NCBI GenBank assembly: GCA_964016885.1
Contig: OZ024743.1
Span: 42,532,001 to 42,596,000, forward strand
Direction of reading: 5' to 3'
DNA length: 64,000 nt
Source: Eledone cirrhosa
Lineage: Eukaryota
The notes under the pieces are model-generated. The model saw only the letters and a program-made list of their open reading frames with translations, had not been told where the DNA came from and ran no database searches. Each line of letters opens with the position of its first letter. Position 1 is the stretch's first letter. Below are positions 1-12,063 of the stretch, piece by piece. Both the position numbers and the translations under genes were made by a program.

Positions 1-503
1 TTTATCTCTCTGGTGGCCATGGCGAAAGAGATAGTATGGTGGATGCGCCTGAAAGGGCTGAAGACGAATATTTACGTCTTCGGTGATGCCCTGATTAACT
101 TTTTCCAATTTCATTTGAAAAGGAAAATCAGGGTAGAGAGGGAGGTGCTCTATTCCCAGCTTGTTGTTTTATGGATGGGTGAGAGAGGCAAGAATAGCCC
201 GAGTGAATTGACCTACTCTCAGTATATGCCTGTAAATTGAAGGTGGAACACTCGGAGAGGACAATTGCCCTGGTGGTCAGGGTCACCGTGGCTTCATTTT
301 AACGGGCTTTCTCCACGATGGCCCTCGGAAGTCTCCCCGCTATTGGGGAATGTTTCATTGTTCTCTTATTACATCCTCTGTTTTTGTTTTGTTTTTTTTT
401 TGTTTTTTTAACACGCAGAAATGCCCATTTGTACCGTCCTGTATTGTCCTGTACTGTCCTTAATGTCTACTTTGTGTAAACCCTTGTGGTTAGTAAAGAA
501 AGC
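1..503 (+). mobile_element. 3' end of a Tx1-like (L1 clade) LINE: ORF2 C-terminus plus 3'UTR, ending in (TTA)n
   Basis: ORF 13..240 (AMAKEIVWWMRLKGL...FHLKRKIRVEREVL) aligns by eye with the ORF2 C-terminus at 22165..23145 (AMLKEVVWWTRLKGL...YHFGRRIRMEREVL). Confidence 0.8.
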
Positions 504-526
504 TTTATTATTATTATTATTATTAT

Positions 527-3500
527 AGTTGCATTTATCTTGCGTTATGTTCATACGAGTTATCGCCAAGTCACAACCAGTGACCTCAAGAGACAAGGTC
601 CGCCATGTTCAAGAAAGAACATACATACACACACATGCATCTTTAGGTGTTTAGACTTGTGATGTACTTATATTGACCGAATCTACCTTAGTATATGGGC
701 AGTTCCCATTAGTACTGTCTTTTGTATTTCTCCTATACGCGGGTTTCCTGGGATTTGCGATAAGTAATCATTAGACCCCTTAGGTATCATTCCCAGAGCG
801 CCTACAACCACTGGTATTGTTTTAGTTCTCAATTTCCACATTTTTCCAATTTCTATCTCCAGGTCCTTATACTTGCTCAATTTTTCAAATGTTTTTATAG
901 ATACATTCTTGTCTATTGGAACGGACATATCAACCAGCAGGCATACCCTCTTTTTAAAGTCCTTCAGTATTATATCAGATCTATTTGCATCTATTTTTCG
1001 ATCTGTTTGGATGCTAAAGTTCCACAAGATTGAGATGTGATCTGTTTCAAGTATGGGAGGTGGTTGATGGTCCCACCAATTATTTTAATGGGGCAGGTCA
1101 AATTGCTTAAACATTATCCAATGTATGTATTGTGCAGCTCTGTCATGCCTATTTAGGTATTCGGTTGGAGCTATAGGACTGCACATTGAAATTATATGAT
1201 CAATAGTCTCTGGTTGTTTTTTACATACACGGCATAATGGGCTGCATCCATTTTTTATTATGTTGGCTTGGTAATTTGTTGTTGGGAGACAATGATCTTC
1301 TGCTGATATAATCAGTCCTTCAGTCTCCGATTTCAGTCCAGAGGATGCCAACCACAGATGGGTTGAAGTTTTGTCAACATCAGGATTGTTAGCTCTTTCT
1401 GGGTATTTTCCATACAGAGGCTTTTCTTGCCATTTCTTAGCCAGTTTCTGTAGCAGTTCTTTCTTTGCAGTTACTTTTACCTGCTTTGCTTTTTCTGTGT
1501 TTTCCATTTCAGCAGTAAATGGGACTTCTGAAATATGTAGTCCATTACTGTATCTTTGTGCATCTTTTGTAATGGAGTATGATCTTTTGATGCTTTCGTG
1601 TTTCAAAACGAGTTTGATCATCCAATCATGTGATTCCCTTAGATATGTAGATAATCCAATTGTTGCAGTTTTCAACGCAATATCTAACTGGATTAAACTA
1701 TGTCCTCCTTCTTTCCTATCTGTATCTGCCTTAGGGTGATGCATTCTGTGCATGGTTAAGAATTTTCGATTTTTTGTATCGAGCCTACGGATCTCTGTGC
1801 TTGACCAGTTGATGACTTTGTAACTGTAGGTTACGACTGGTATGGCAAGCGTGTTTATGGCATCGATCATATTCCTTGCATTCAATTCCGTTCTTAAGAT
1901 TGCTCTTACTCTGCGGTAACATTCCTTCCTTATCCTTTCCCTGATTGTCGAGGGCTTGTGTCCGTCTCCTTCACAAACAGCTAGATATTTGTAAGTTTCC
2001 TCTTGATCAAATTCTCTTATCACATTCCCCGATCAAGATTAATGTCTGAACTCCTCAGCAGCTTTCCTCTGGTGAACGTTGCTTTGGCGCATTTATCTAG
2101 TCCAAACTCCATTTTAATGTCATCACTGAACTGCTCCACATTGGATAATAGCCCTTGCAATTGTTCATCATTTTTTGCAAATAGTTTCAGGTCATCCATG
2201 TAGAACAAGTGATTAATGGTTTTGTCATAGACTTTATATACATGTTTTGTTTCATTGAGCATTTTACTTAATGGTATAAGTGCGATGCAGAATAAAAGCG
2301 GTGATAAAGAGTCAACCTGAAAAATTCCACAATTAATATTAACTGCTCCAGCTTCCAGTGATTCCTTTTCACTGTTCAAAAGGAGTGTCGTTTTCCATGT
2401 CTTCATACTGAATGACAAGAACCTCCTGACAACGGGAGATATTTTGAAAATCTCTAAACATTTTTCAATCCAACTGTGTGGCAAACTATCGAATGCTTTT
2501 TTATAATCTATCCAAGCAATTGATAGATGTTTGTGTCTATTATGACAATCTTCCAGTATCATTTTGTTAACCAAAAGCTGATCCTTACAGCCATATGAGC
2601 CTCGTTTACACCCTTTCTGCTCATTGGTAAATAGGTCATTTGTTATCAGGTGGTCATATGTAGGACTGATGTTAAAATGTTATACATTGTCGTCAAGCAA
2701 GTTATCGGTCTGTAATGTTTGGGATTGTTTGTCTCATCATTCTTCGCAAGCAGGAATGTAATGCCGTTAACTAGCCATGATGGTATCTTTTCTGGCTCCT
2801 TAACTATTTCATTGTAAAGTTGGGCTAACAGCTCATGAGACTCTGTGAAGGCATTTATCCAAAAATTTCGTATTTTGTCTTTTCCTGGCGATTTCATTTG
2901 CTGGGTTTTTCTAAGAGCCAAACGCAACTGTTCAACTGTTATATTTTCCCTTGTTTGTTCCTCAAGGTGAGCTGTATCTTTCATTTATCTGTCTATCCAT
3001 GGGGCATGTATATTATGAACTTTTTCTTCGACCCAGAACTTTTCCCAGAATTCTTGCACTTCCTCCTTGGGTGATATTGATTTAGCAGTAATTGTTGACT
3101 TGCCAATTTTTCTGTAGAAGTTTCTTTGGTTGTTTTTGAACATATTATTGTCCTTATAGAATCTAGATCGTTTTTCAAAGCGCCTTATACGAGCAGCTTT
3201 GGCCGACACTTTTTGCTTGATTATTTCTATCAGCATGTCTATGTCACCTGTTGATTTTATACTGTACTTTCTTTTCAATTTTCTAAGTTTAGTTTGTTTA
3301 ACATGTTCACCTACTTTGTTGTTTGTTAAAATTTCTGTCAGATCGGAGAACGTTTATTTGGCGATTGATGTTCTCTTGCCAAGTAGATTTCTTGTGGGAA
3401 TTCCTATGTTTTTTTTCATTTTCACTCCACATAAGTGAGTGGTGACTTTAGCCGATGCATAATAGAGATGATTTAAATCAGTAATGTTTAGTTTGTTTGT

Positions 3501-3812
3501 GATGATAATGTTTTTGAGAATTATGTTAGTCTTGTGTATTATCTTTTGGTTCTGTTTGGAGTTCTGGATCTTAGGGAGGGTGTCTCGTTCCCCCATGTCA
3601 GATTCTTTCATTTTCATCCATTCGATCATAATTTCATCCTTCAAGTTGGCAAGTTCATACTCATTCATTTCTTTATCATTTACGATCTCATTGTTTTCAT
3701 TTTGAGTTTCATCTTCAGCATGCACTCCCTCCACTTTTTCGATCCTTTCTTTAATTTGTTCTGTTGTCAGTGATTCCTACCCAACCCTGGGATCCGAAGT
3801 GTTACAATTTAC
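527..3812 (-). mobile_element. R4/Dong-like RLE non-LTR retrotransposon, family A copy A1; 5'-truncated, multiple frameshifts
   Basis: ORF fragments carry RT motifs (WIDYKKAFDS, HLFYMDDLK), a CRVC...HIISMC zinc finger and an RLE region. Highly similar to 3847-7356. (TAA)n on both sides. Confidence 0.92.
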
Positions 3813-3846
<34 letters not shown>

Positions 3847-3847
<1 letters not shown>

Positions 3848-6800
3848 TGCATTTATCTTGCTTTATGTTTATACGAGTTATCACCAAGTCACAACCAGTG
3901 ACCTCAAGAGACAACAAGGTCCGCCATGTTCAAGAAAGAACATACATATTCACACATGCATCCTTAGTGTTTAGACTTGTGATGTACTTATATTGACAGG
4001 ATCTTCCTTAGTATATGGGCAGTTCCCATTAATACTATCTTTTGTATTTCTCCTATACGCGGGTTTCCTGGGATTTGCGATAAGTAGTCGTTAGACCCCT
4101 TAGGTATCATTCCCAGAGCGCCTACAACCACTGGTATTGTTTTAGTTCTCAATTTCCACATTTTTCCAATTTCTATCTCCAGGTCCTTATACTTGCTCAA
4201 TTTTTCAAATGTTTTTATTGATACATTCTTGTCTATTGGAACAGACATATCAATTAGCAGGCATACCCTCCTTTGAAAGTCCTTCAATATTATATCAGGT
4301 CTATTTGCATCTATTTTTCGGTCTGTTTGGATGCTAAAGTTCCACAAGATTGAGATGTGATCTTTTTCAAGTATGGGAGGTGGTTGATGTTCCCACCAAT
4401 TCTTTTGATGGGGCAGGTCAAAATGCTTAAACATTATCCAATGTATGTATTGTGCAGCTCTGTCATGCCTGTTTAGGTATTCGGTTGGAGCTATAGGACT
4501 GCACATTGAAATTATATGGTCAATGGTCTCTGGTTGTTTTTTGCATACACGGCATAATGGGCTGCACCCATTTTTTATTATGTTGGCTTGGTAATTTTTT
4601 GTTGGCAGACACTGATCTTGTGCCGATATAATCAGTCCTTCAGTCTCCGATTTCAGTCCAGAGGATGCCAACCACTGATGGGTTAAAGTTTTGTCAACAT
4701 CAGGATTGTTAGCTCGCTCTGGGTATTTTCCATACAGAGGCTTTTCTTGCCAATTCTTAGCCAGTTTCTGTAGCAGTTCTTTCTTTGCAGTTACTTTTAC
4801 CTGCTTTGCATTTTCTGTGTTTTCCATTTCAGCAGTAAATGGGACTTCTGAAATTTGTAGTCCATTACTGTATCTTTGTGCATCTTTTGTAATGGAATAT
4901 GATCTTTTGGTGCTTTCGTGTTTCAAAACGAGTTTGATCATCCAATCATGTGATTCCTTTAGATATGTGGATAATCTAATTGTTGCAGTTTTCAACGCAA
5001 TGTCTAACTGGATTAACCCACGTCCTCCTTCTTTCCTAGGGAGATATATTCTATCTATGTCTGCCTTGGGGTGATGCATTCTGTGCATGGTTAAGAATTT
5101 TCGGATTTTTGTATCGAGCCTACGGATATCTGTGCTTGACCAGTTGATGACATTGTAACTGTAGGTTACTACTGGTATGGCAAGCGTGTTTATGGCATCG
5201 ATCCTATTCCTTGCATTCAATTCCGTTCTTAAGATTGCTCTGACTCTGCGGTAACATTCCTTCCTTATCCTTTCCCTCATTGTCGAGTGCTTGATTCCGT
5301 CTCCTTCACAAACACCTAGATATTTGTAAGTTTGTTCTTGATCAAGCTCTCTTATCACGTTCCCCCGATCAAGATTAATGTCTGAACTCTTCAGCAGCTT
5401 TCCTCTGGTGAACGTTGCTTTGGCGCATTTATCCAGTCCAAACTCCATTTTAATGTCATCACTGAACTGCTTCACAGTGGATAATAGCCCTTGCAATTGT
5501 TCATCATTTTTTGCAAATAGTTTCAGGTCATCCATGTAGAACAGGTGATTAATGGTTTTGTCATAGGCTCTATATCCATGTTTTGTTTCATTGAGCATTT
5601 TACTTAATGGTATAAGTGCGATGCAGAATAAAAGCGGTGATAAAGAGTCACCCTGAACAATTCCACAATTAATGTTAACTTCTCCAGCTTCCAGTGATTT
5701 TGTTTCACTATTCAAAAGGAGTGTCGTTCTCCATGTCCTCATACTGAATGACAAAAACCTCCTGACAACTGGGGATATTTTGAAAATCTCTAAACATTTT
5801 TCAATCCAACTGTGTGGCAAACTATCAAATGCTTTTTTATAATCTATCCAAGCAATCGATAGATTTTTGTGTCTATTATGACAATCTTCCAGTATCATTT
5901 TGTTAACCAGAAGCTGATCCTTACAGCCATATGAGCCTCGTTTACACCCTTTCTGCTCAATGGGAAATAGGTCATTTGTTATCAGGTGGTCATATGTGTA
6001 TTCAGTTAGGACTGATGATAAAATGTTATACATTGTGGTCAAGCAGGTTATCGGTCTGTAATTTTTGGGATTGTTTGTCTCATCATTCTTCGGTAGCAGG
6101 AATGTAATGCCGTTAACTAGCGATGATGGTATCTTTTCTGGCTCCTTAACTATTTCATTGTAAAGTTGGGCTAACAGCTCATGAGACTCTGTGAAGGCAT
6201 TTATCCAAAAGTTTTGTATTTTGTCTTTTCCTGGGGATTTCCATTTGCTGGTTTTTCTTAGAGCCAAGCGCAGCTGTTCAACTGTTATATTTTCCCATGT
6301 TTGTTCTTCAAGGTGAGCTGTTTCTTTCATTTGTCTGTCTATCCATGGGGCATGTATGTTATGAACTTTTTCTTCGGCCCAGATCTTTTCCCAGAATTCT
6401 TGCACTTCCTCCTTGGGTGGTATTGATTTAGCAGTTATTGTTGACTTACCAATTTTTCTGTAGAAGTTTCTTTGGTTGTTTTTGAACATATTATTGTCCG
6501 TATAGAATCTAGATCGTTTTTCAAAGCGCCTTATACGAGCAGCTTTGGCCGACACTTTTTGCTTGATTGTTTCTATCAGCATGTCTGTGTCACATGTTGA
6601 TCTTATACTGTACTTTTTTTTTCAATTTTCTAAGTTTAGTTTGTTTAACATGTTCACCTACTTTATAGTTTGTTAAAATTTCTATGTCAGATCGGAGAAG
6701 GTTTATTTGGCGATTGATGTTATCTTGCCAAGTAGATTTCTTGTGGGAATTCCTTTGTTTTTTCATCTTCACTCCACATAAGTGAGTGGTGACTTTAGCC

Positions 6801-7351
6801 GATGCATAATAGAGATGATTTAAGTCAGTAATGTTTAGTTTGTTTGTGATGATAATGTTTTTGAGAATTATGTTAGTCTTGTGTATTATCTTTTGGTTCT
6901 GTTTGGAGTTCTGGATCTTAGGGAGGGTGTCTCGTTCCCCCATGTCAGATTCTTTCATTTTCATCCATTCGATCATAATTTCATCCTTCAAGTTGGCAAG
7001 TTCATTCTCATTCATTTCTTTATCATTTACGATCTCATTATTTTCATTTGGAGTTTCATCCTGAGCATGCACTGCCTCCACTTTTTCGCTCCTTTCTTTA
7101 ATTTGTTCTGTTGCCAGTGATTCCGCCCCAACCCTGGGATTCGAAGTGTTACAGTTTACCTCGTTTTCACTGACACATGCTTCATTTTCCCTTCGCTGAC
7201 TTTGTGCTACTAGCTTGATCTGATCAATTTCTATATCAGTTAGTAACTTTTTTCTTACAATATTTCTTCGTATATTGGCTAGTTTGTTACTATCAATATA
7301 GCCTCTGTTTTCGGGATGTTTCTTTTTCCAGTTGATATATGTTTGTTCTGT

Positions 7352-7356
<5 letters not shown>
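3847..7356 (-). mobile_element. R4/Dong-like element family A copy A2; 5'-truncated, near-intact ORF
   Basis: 864 aa ORF plus upstream ORF 6590..7411, joined by a frameshift in a T9 run near 6614-6622. (TAA)n flanks. Confidence 0.95.
3988..6582 (-). CDS. Reverse transcriptase + CCHC zinc finger + PD-(D/E)xK restriction-like endonuclease (family A)
   Basis: NYRPITCL, QGDSLSPLLF, YMDDLK, CRVCKKQPETIDHIISMC, RHD, NRPDI...IDMSVP...K..KY. Confidence 0.93.
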   Translation of the reverse strand: MLIETIKQKVSAKAARIRRFEKRSRFYTDNNMFKNNQRNFYRKIGKSTITAKSIPPKEEVQEFWEKIWAEEKVHNIHAPWIDRQMKETAHLEEQTWENITVEQLRLALRKTSKWKSPGKDKIQNFWINAFTESHELLAQLYNEIVKEPEKIPSSLVNGITFLLPKNDETNNPKNYRPITCLTTMYNILSSVLTEYTYDHLITNDLFPIEQKGCKRGSYGCKDQLLVNKMILEDCHNRHKNLSIAWIDYKKAFDSLPHSWIEKCLEIFKISPVVRRFLSFSMRTWRTTLLLNSETKSLEAGEVNINCGIVQGDSLSPLLFCIALIPLSKMLNETKHGYRAYDKTINHLFYMDDLKLFAKNDEQLQGLLSTVKQFSDDIKMEFGLDKCAKATFTRGKLLKSSDINLDRGNVIRELDQEQTYKYLGVCEGDGIKHSTMRERIRKECYRRVRAILRTELNARNRIDAINTLAIPVVTYSYNVINWSSTDIRRLDTKIRKFLTMHRMHHPKADIDRIYLPRKEGGRGLIQLDIALKTATIRLSTYLKESHDWMIKLVLKHESTKRSYSITKDAQRYSNGLQISEVPFTAEMENTENAKQVKVTAKKELLQKLAKNWQEKPLYGKYPERANNPDVDKTLTHQWLASSGLKSETEGLIISAQDQCLPTKNYQANIIKNGCSPLCRVCKKQPETIDHIISMCSPIAPTEYLNRHDRAAQYIHWIMFKHFDLPHQKNWWEHQPPPILEKDHISILWNFSIQTDRKIDANRPDIILKDFQRRVCLLIDMSVPIDKNVSIKTFEKLSKYKDLEIEIGKMWKLRTKTIPVVVGALGMIPKGSNDYLSQIPGNPRIGEIQKIVLMGTAHILRKILSI

Positions 7357-7382
<26 letters not shown>

Positions 7383-7394
7383 GTTATTGTTATT

Positions 7395-7481
7395 CCTTGA
7401 ATCTCAGTCATTGATGTTGGTTAACTGGAAAGTCCGTTGGATTGAATATCAAGCCACTACCTGCAGCCTCAGATATTCAGG
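7395..7481 (-). mobile_element. 87 bp 3'-terminal fragment of family B element
   Basis: Identical to the first bases of 7528 onward and bounded by (TAA)n tracts. Confidence 0.9.
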
Positions 7482-7601
7482 TATTATTATTATTATTATT
7501 ATTATGATTATTATTGTTATTGTTATTCCTTGAATCTCAGTCATTGATGTTGGTTAACTGGAAAGTCCGTTGGATTGAATATCAAGCCACTACCTGCAGC
7601 C

Positions 7602-10289
7602 TCAGATATTCAGGACGTATCGGAGGGTTCTTGCTGTTCCAAGCAAGCATGACTTTTGAAGCGTTCCAAAAAGCGTGAAGGGGCCGATTTTCTTTAACCA
7701 TCCCTGGAAACCTTTGGAGATAGTCCCCAGTGCGCCTATGACAATCGGGATCACTTTGACTTCATGGCAGTTCCAAATCCTTTTCACCTCCCTCTTTAGG
7801 TCCTGGTATCGGTTAATTTTCTCCCTCTCCTTCTCTTGCACTCTCGTGTCGAACGGGCAGGCCACATCCACAATCAGGCATGATCTTTTTTCTTTGTCCA
7901 CAACCACCAGGTCAGTTCTATTGTGTTCCAGTTTTTTGTCCGTCTTTATCCTAAAATCCCACAGCACCTTCACCTGACTGTTCTCCATCACCGCCTCTGG
8001 CCTATGCTCATACCATTTCTCAGAATGTGGTAGATTGTTTACTTTGCACAGGTGCCAGTGGATCACCCTGCCCATCACATCGTGTCTCCAGCCCTTATAG
8101 TGGGTCTGGCCTAGGTGTTTACACTCGGACACAATGTGAGCCACAGTCTCCTCTCTCTCTCCACAGATCCTGCACAGTGGGCTAGCCTCCTCCTTGTAGA
8201 TATGGTGCTTCAACCACTTCGTTTTGAGGGCCTGCTCCTGCGCAGCCATTAGCATTCCTTCTGTAGCCTTTTTGAGGTCTCCTCTTCTCAACCAGTTCCA
8301 TGTCTGTGGATCTCTAAATTCAGTTTTCTCAAAGAAGGTACTATGAAGGGATTTTCCCTTAAGGCTGCTCTTCCTCCATGATGTTATTTCCTCCTTGGAT
8401 ATCCCCTGGCCTACTGTCCCCTCCTTCAGTACAGCTCTGAGCATTGGCTCCTTACTATAGGTCACGTATTTGTATAGGTTGTTTTTCTCCATCTGAACAC
8501 AGTCCTCTATGCTGATAAGACCTCTTCCACCCTCAGATCTCCTTAGGTAGAGTCTATCGACATCACTCCTCTTGTGGAACATGTTGTAGATAGTCAATAG
8601 CTTCCTAGTCTTCCTATCCATTTCTTTTTGTTCAGCAACATTCCATCTCAGAATTCCCGCACTGTACCTAATAATAGACACAGCTCGGGAATTTACTGCG
8701 CTTATGGCATTTCTGCTGTTCAGATGTGACTTCAATACGCTCCTTACTCTCCGAATGTATTCAGTTCTTAACAATTCCTTCATTTTTTTGTTCTTTATGC
8801 CATCAGCCTCCAGAACGCCCAAATACTTGTATCCTTCCTCAGAGTCAATTTCCTTTATCATCTCACCTGTTGGTATCTGGATCCCGTTACTTCTGCTCAA
8901 CCTACCCCTCTTCATCACAATGACTCCACATTTACCAATACCAAACTGCATACGTATATCACTGCTGAAAATACGGACAGTGTCAACAAGCACATCCAAC
9001 TCCTTCTCACTTTTCCCGAAGAGCTTAAGATCGTCCATGAAGAGGAGGTGATTGATGGTAAGCTCTCCCCTTCCCAACTTGTATCCTGCTCTCACTTTTC
9101 GCAGCATAATGGTCAAGGGCATCAGGGCAAGGACAAACAACAGAGGGGACAGGCTATCTCCCTGGAAGATACCTCTCTTGATCTTCACGCTTCCCAAGGA
9201 TACTCCAGTTGATGTCAACTCTGTCTCCCAGGACCCCATACTCCTGCCCAGCAACTGTCTGATGTTATCTGCCACCCTGAAGATCTCCAGGCTTTTGGTG
9301 ATCCAGGAATGAGGCACCATGTCAAATGCCTTTCTGTAGTCTATCCATCCCATGGCAAGATCAGTGTGTCTCCTCCTGCAATTCCCCATTACCATCTTAT
9401 CAATAAGCAACTGGTCCTTTGTACCACGAGACTTCTTTCGGCATCCTTTCTGTTCGTCCGGTAACAAGTTCTTTGTGTGGAGGTGATGGTAGATTTCCTC
9501 AGACACAATGCTCGTCAACAGTTTCCACATTACGGGCAGACATGTGATAGGTCTATAGTTGGTAACATCATTACCCTTGATTCGGTCTTTCATTATCAGA
9601 ACTGTGGTACCTTTTGTCAACCACTCTGGCACCTCACCCGACACCAAGCAGTCATTGAACATGGCCGTCAGCTTCGGGTGGAGGGATGTTAAATGTTTAA
9701 TCCAATACCCCTGCACACCATCTGGGCCTGGTGATTTCCAGTTGGTTAGTTTTTTGGCTTGCCCCTTAAGAGTTTCAACTGTGATACTCAAATCAGTCTG
9801 TTGTTGTGCCTGCTCACCGATCTCCCTCTGTACTGTCTCAATCCACCCTGCCTGGGCATTGTGTCTAACATCCTGCTCCCATATTCCTCTCCAGAATGTT
9901 TTAGCTTGTTCCGCCCCAGGGATCAAGTCGTTGCCTCTTTCTTTCCCCTCAAGCTGTCCAAACAGCATCTTCTGGTTGTTGTCGAACATGCGGTTCTGTT
10001 TATACTGACTGACTCTGTTCTCGTATCGCCTGATTTTGGCACTCTTTGCTACAATGCGTTGCTTCAATTCCTCTATGATAATATTTAGCTTTTTACTCCT
10101 AGTTTTGTATTTTATTTCCAGTCTATGTTTAGTGCCTATGTTTTTTAGTGTCCCATTCAGTAGGGACTCAAGCTTTCCTATGTCATTTCTCATTTCCCCG
10201 ATTTGCCCACTCAGTCGCTTCTTCCACCACGGCTCTGCTCTTTCTTGTCTGTTGTTTCCTCTCGCTTTTATACCAAGTAGTTTCCTCAC
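7602..10289 (-). CDS. RT + CCHC zinc finger + restriction-like endonuclease (family B)
   Basis: NYRPITCL, WIDYRKAFD, GIFQGDSLSPLLF, FMDDLK, CRICGEREETVAHIVSEC, RHD, NRTDL...VDVACP...EKINRY. Confidence 0.93.
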   Translation of the reverse strand: MRKLLGIKARGNNRQERAEPWWKKRLSGQIGEMRNDIGKLESLLNGTLKNIGTKHRLEIKYKTRSKKLNIIIEELKQRIVAKSAKIRRYENRVSQYKQNRMFDNNQKMLFGQLEGKERGNDLIPGAEQAKTFWRGIWEQDVRHNAQAGWIETVQREIGEQAQQQTDLSITVETLKGQAKKLTNWKSPGPDGVQGYWIKHLTSLHPKLTAMFNDCLVSGEVPEWLTKGTTVLIMKDRIKGNDVTNYRPITCLPVMWKLLTSIVSEEIYHHLHTKNLLPDEQKGCRKKSRGTKDQLLIDKMVMGNCRRRHTDLAMGWIDYRKAFDMVPHSWITKSLEIFRVADNIRQLLGRSMGSWETELTSTGVSLGSVKIKRGIFQGDSLSPLLFVLALMPLTIMLRKVRAGYKLGRGELTINHLLFMDDLKLFGKSEKELDVLVDTVRIFSSDIRMQFGIGKCGVIVMKRGRLSRSNGIQIPTGEMIKEIDSEEGYKYLGVLEADGIKNKKMKELLRTEYIRRVRSVLKSHLNSRNAISAVNSRAVSIIRYSAGILRWNVAEQKEMDRKTRKLLTIYNMFHKRSDVDRLYLRRSEGGRGLISIEDCVQMEKNNLYKYVTYSKEPMLRAVLKEGTVGQGISKEEITSWRKSSLKGKSLHSTFFEKTEFRDPQTWNWLRRGDLKKATEGMLMAAQEQALKTKWLKHHIYKEEASPLCRICGEREETVAHIVSECKHLGQTHYKGWRHDVMGRVIHWHLCKVNNLPHSEKWYEHRPEAVMENSQVKVLWDFRIKTDKKLEHNRTDLVVVDKEKRSCLIVDVACPFDTRVQEKEREKINRYQDLKREVKRIWNCHEVKVIPIVIGALGTISKGFQGWLKKIGPFTLFGTLQKSCLLGTARTLRYVLNI

Positions 10290-10368
10290 CGTATTTGCTG
10301 TTGCTTTGAGGATATTGTTGCACTGGTGAAGACTCCTCGCGTCAAGGTATGGGATGACTTTGTTTACC

Positions 10369-10995
10369 TTAGCTGTTGTTTCTTTTAACTTTTTTCCTGT
10401 CTACAAATCTTAGGTTCATAGGTCTCCCACTATCATTGTTCAACTCATCTACCACTAAATTTAGGATGTCAACCGAATCTTGTCCTAGCCCGTCAGCATT
10501 CATCTCCTCAGTGGCCGTATCTCTGTTCCAGGTATTATTTATCTCAGTATTCAGATCATTGTCTGCTTCGGGTGGTTCCTCCGTTCTCAGGACCTCCTCA
10601 CCTTCATTTCCCGCCGGCTCGCTTGTCTGGCATACTACACCCGCCATCTCCAAGCCATTCTCTCTGCTCAGTTCCTCCAGTTCCAGCTCGCTTATCCACC
10701 CATTAGTTCTTATTACCCGAGCCTGCCCGGCCAATTTTTGTTCATCTAATTTAAATAAACCAATCTCGTTCCAGATGTTATGCATCCGTCTCCTGTAGCC
10801 CCTCTCCTTGGGGTTACTTTTCAGGTAGCATTGCATAACAGTTCTATTCAATTCTTTCGTCCAGTTGGTTCTGGCCCCTTTCCTTCTTCTTCTTCCTCCA
10901 ACATCAGCAGTATTTGGTTGACAGTCAGGTTCCTGCTGCTGAGCCAGGGGGCACCTGTTGGGTGAGAGTCTGTCACATGACGTTCTAGTCTCCAT
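10369..10995 (-). CDS. N-terminal part of the family B ORF (frameshifted from 7602..10289)
   Basis: RTNWTKELNRTVMQCYLKS...YRRRMHNIW resembles the R4-type N-terminal DNA-binding region. Homologous to 16613..17059. Confidence 0.8.
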   Translation of the reverse strand: METRTSCDRLSPNRCPLAQQQEPDCQPNTADVGGRRRRKGARTNWTKELNRTVMQCYLKSNPKERGYRRRMHNIWNEIGLFKLDEQKLAGQARVIRTNGWISELELEELSRENGLEMAGVVCQTSEPAGNEGEEVLRTEEPPEADNDLNTEINNTWNRDTATEEMNADGLGQDSVDILNLVVDELNNDSGRPMNLRFVDRKKVKRNNS

Positions 10996-12063
10996 TTCAC
11001 CGTTATTCGAACTGTTTATGTTCGATATTTAAACACTCTTATCGAGGATTGGCGAATGTATGTTTACATAGCCATCTGTGGATCCGCCATCCCACTTGGC
11101 CCTTGTGTGGCATTATCACCACGCTGTATACGAACACACATAAACAAACAAACACACGGGCAGAAAGGGCCCCAAAAATGAATAAGCATAAGTTTCATTG
11201 TAATGTAGTATTCGAATGTCTGACTTAGTTTTTGTTTTTTAAGTTTTACTTTTTCCCCCCTCTTCTCTGTCCGTCCGCCTGCTTCTCTCTTCATTCTTAT
11301 TTTCATTACGTTTTTGGGGTTTCTTTTTTTGTTTTTGTTTTTCTCTGTTTGTTTTTCTCGTTTTTTGCTGTTGTTGCTGTGCTGCTTTGGTTTTGTTGTT
11401 TGTTTTTTCTTTTTTCTTTTGAGTCTATCTATATATTTTGATGCCTTCCTCTTTGTTAGTAGTAGGAGTTCTATAATGTGGAAGTGGCAGCCAGCAGAGA
11501 CTGGCGGCGTTGGCGATACTGAGACAGTGGTGGTGGTGATGTCGATACCGAGGCAGTGGTGGCGGTGATGCGACCGTATTACTGTAGTGATGGTGCTGTA
11601 GCGGTGGCAGCAGCAGTGAAGGAGTCAAGGGGTGGTGGCGGCGGTGATGGGATAGTGGTGGTAATGATGGCCGTAGTGAGCGGTGGCGGTGAAGGTGAAA
11701 ATGCTGTTGTGTTTAGTGTACACAGATGATGGGGTGGGTGGTGTATCTAGTTTCTGGTGTTGGTGAGTTTAGCTGTCCTATATAGTGTAGCCAGAGGAGA
11801 GGAGGGGGGGGGGGGGGTTCTTCTTCTTCCATTTATAGCCATTTTTTTTTTTTGGATATACAGTGTACAATACAAAGTTGAATATGTGAATATTTGAGCC
11901 TTATAACAATATATTTTGGGTCCGAATTTTTTGGGGCTCAAGCCGGGTGCTTTACGTAGCATTTGTACTAAGAGTTGTTATTTCACAAATGATTTAAATA
12001 TGTTAAAAATTCAAAACTTACGGGAGCGATTTCATGACCTCCGTCACCTCGTGCGTCTTCTTC

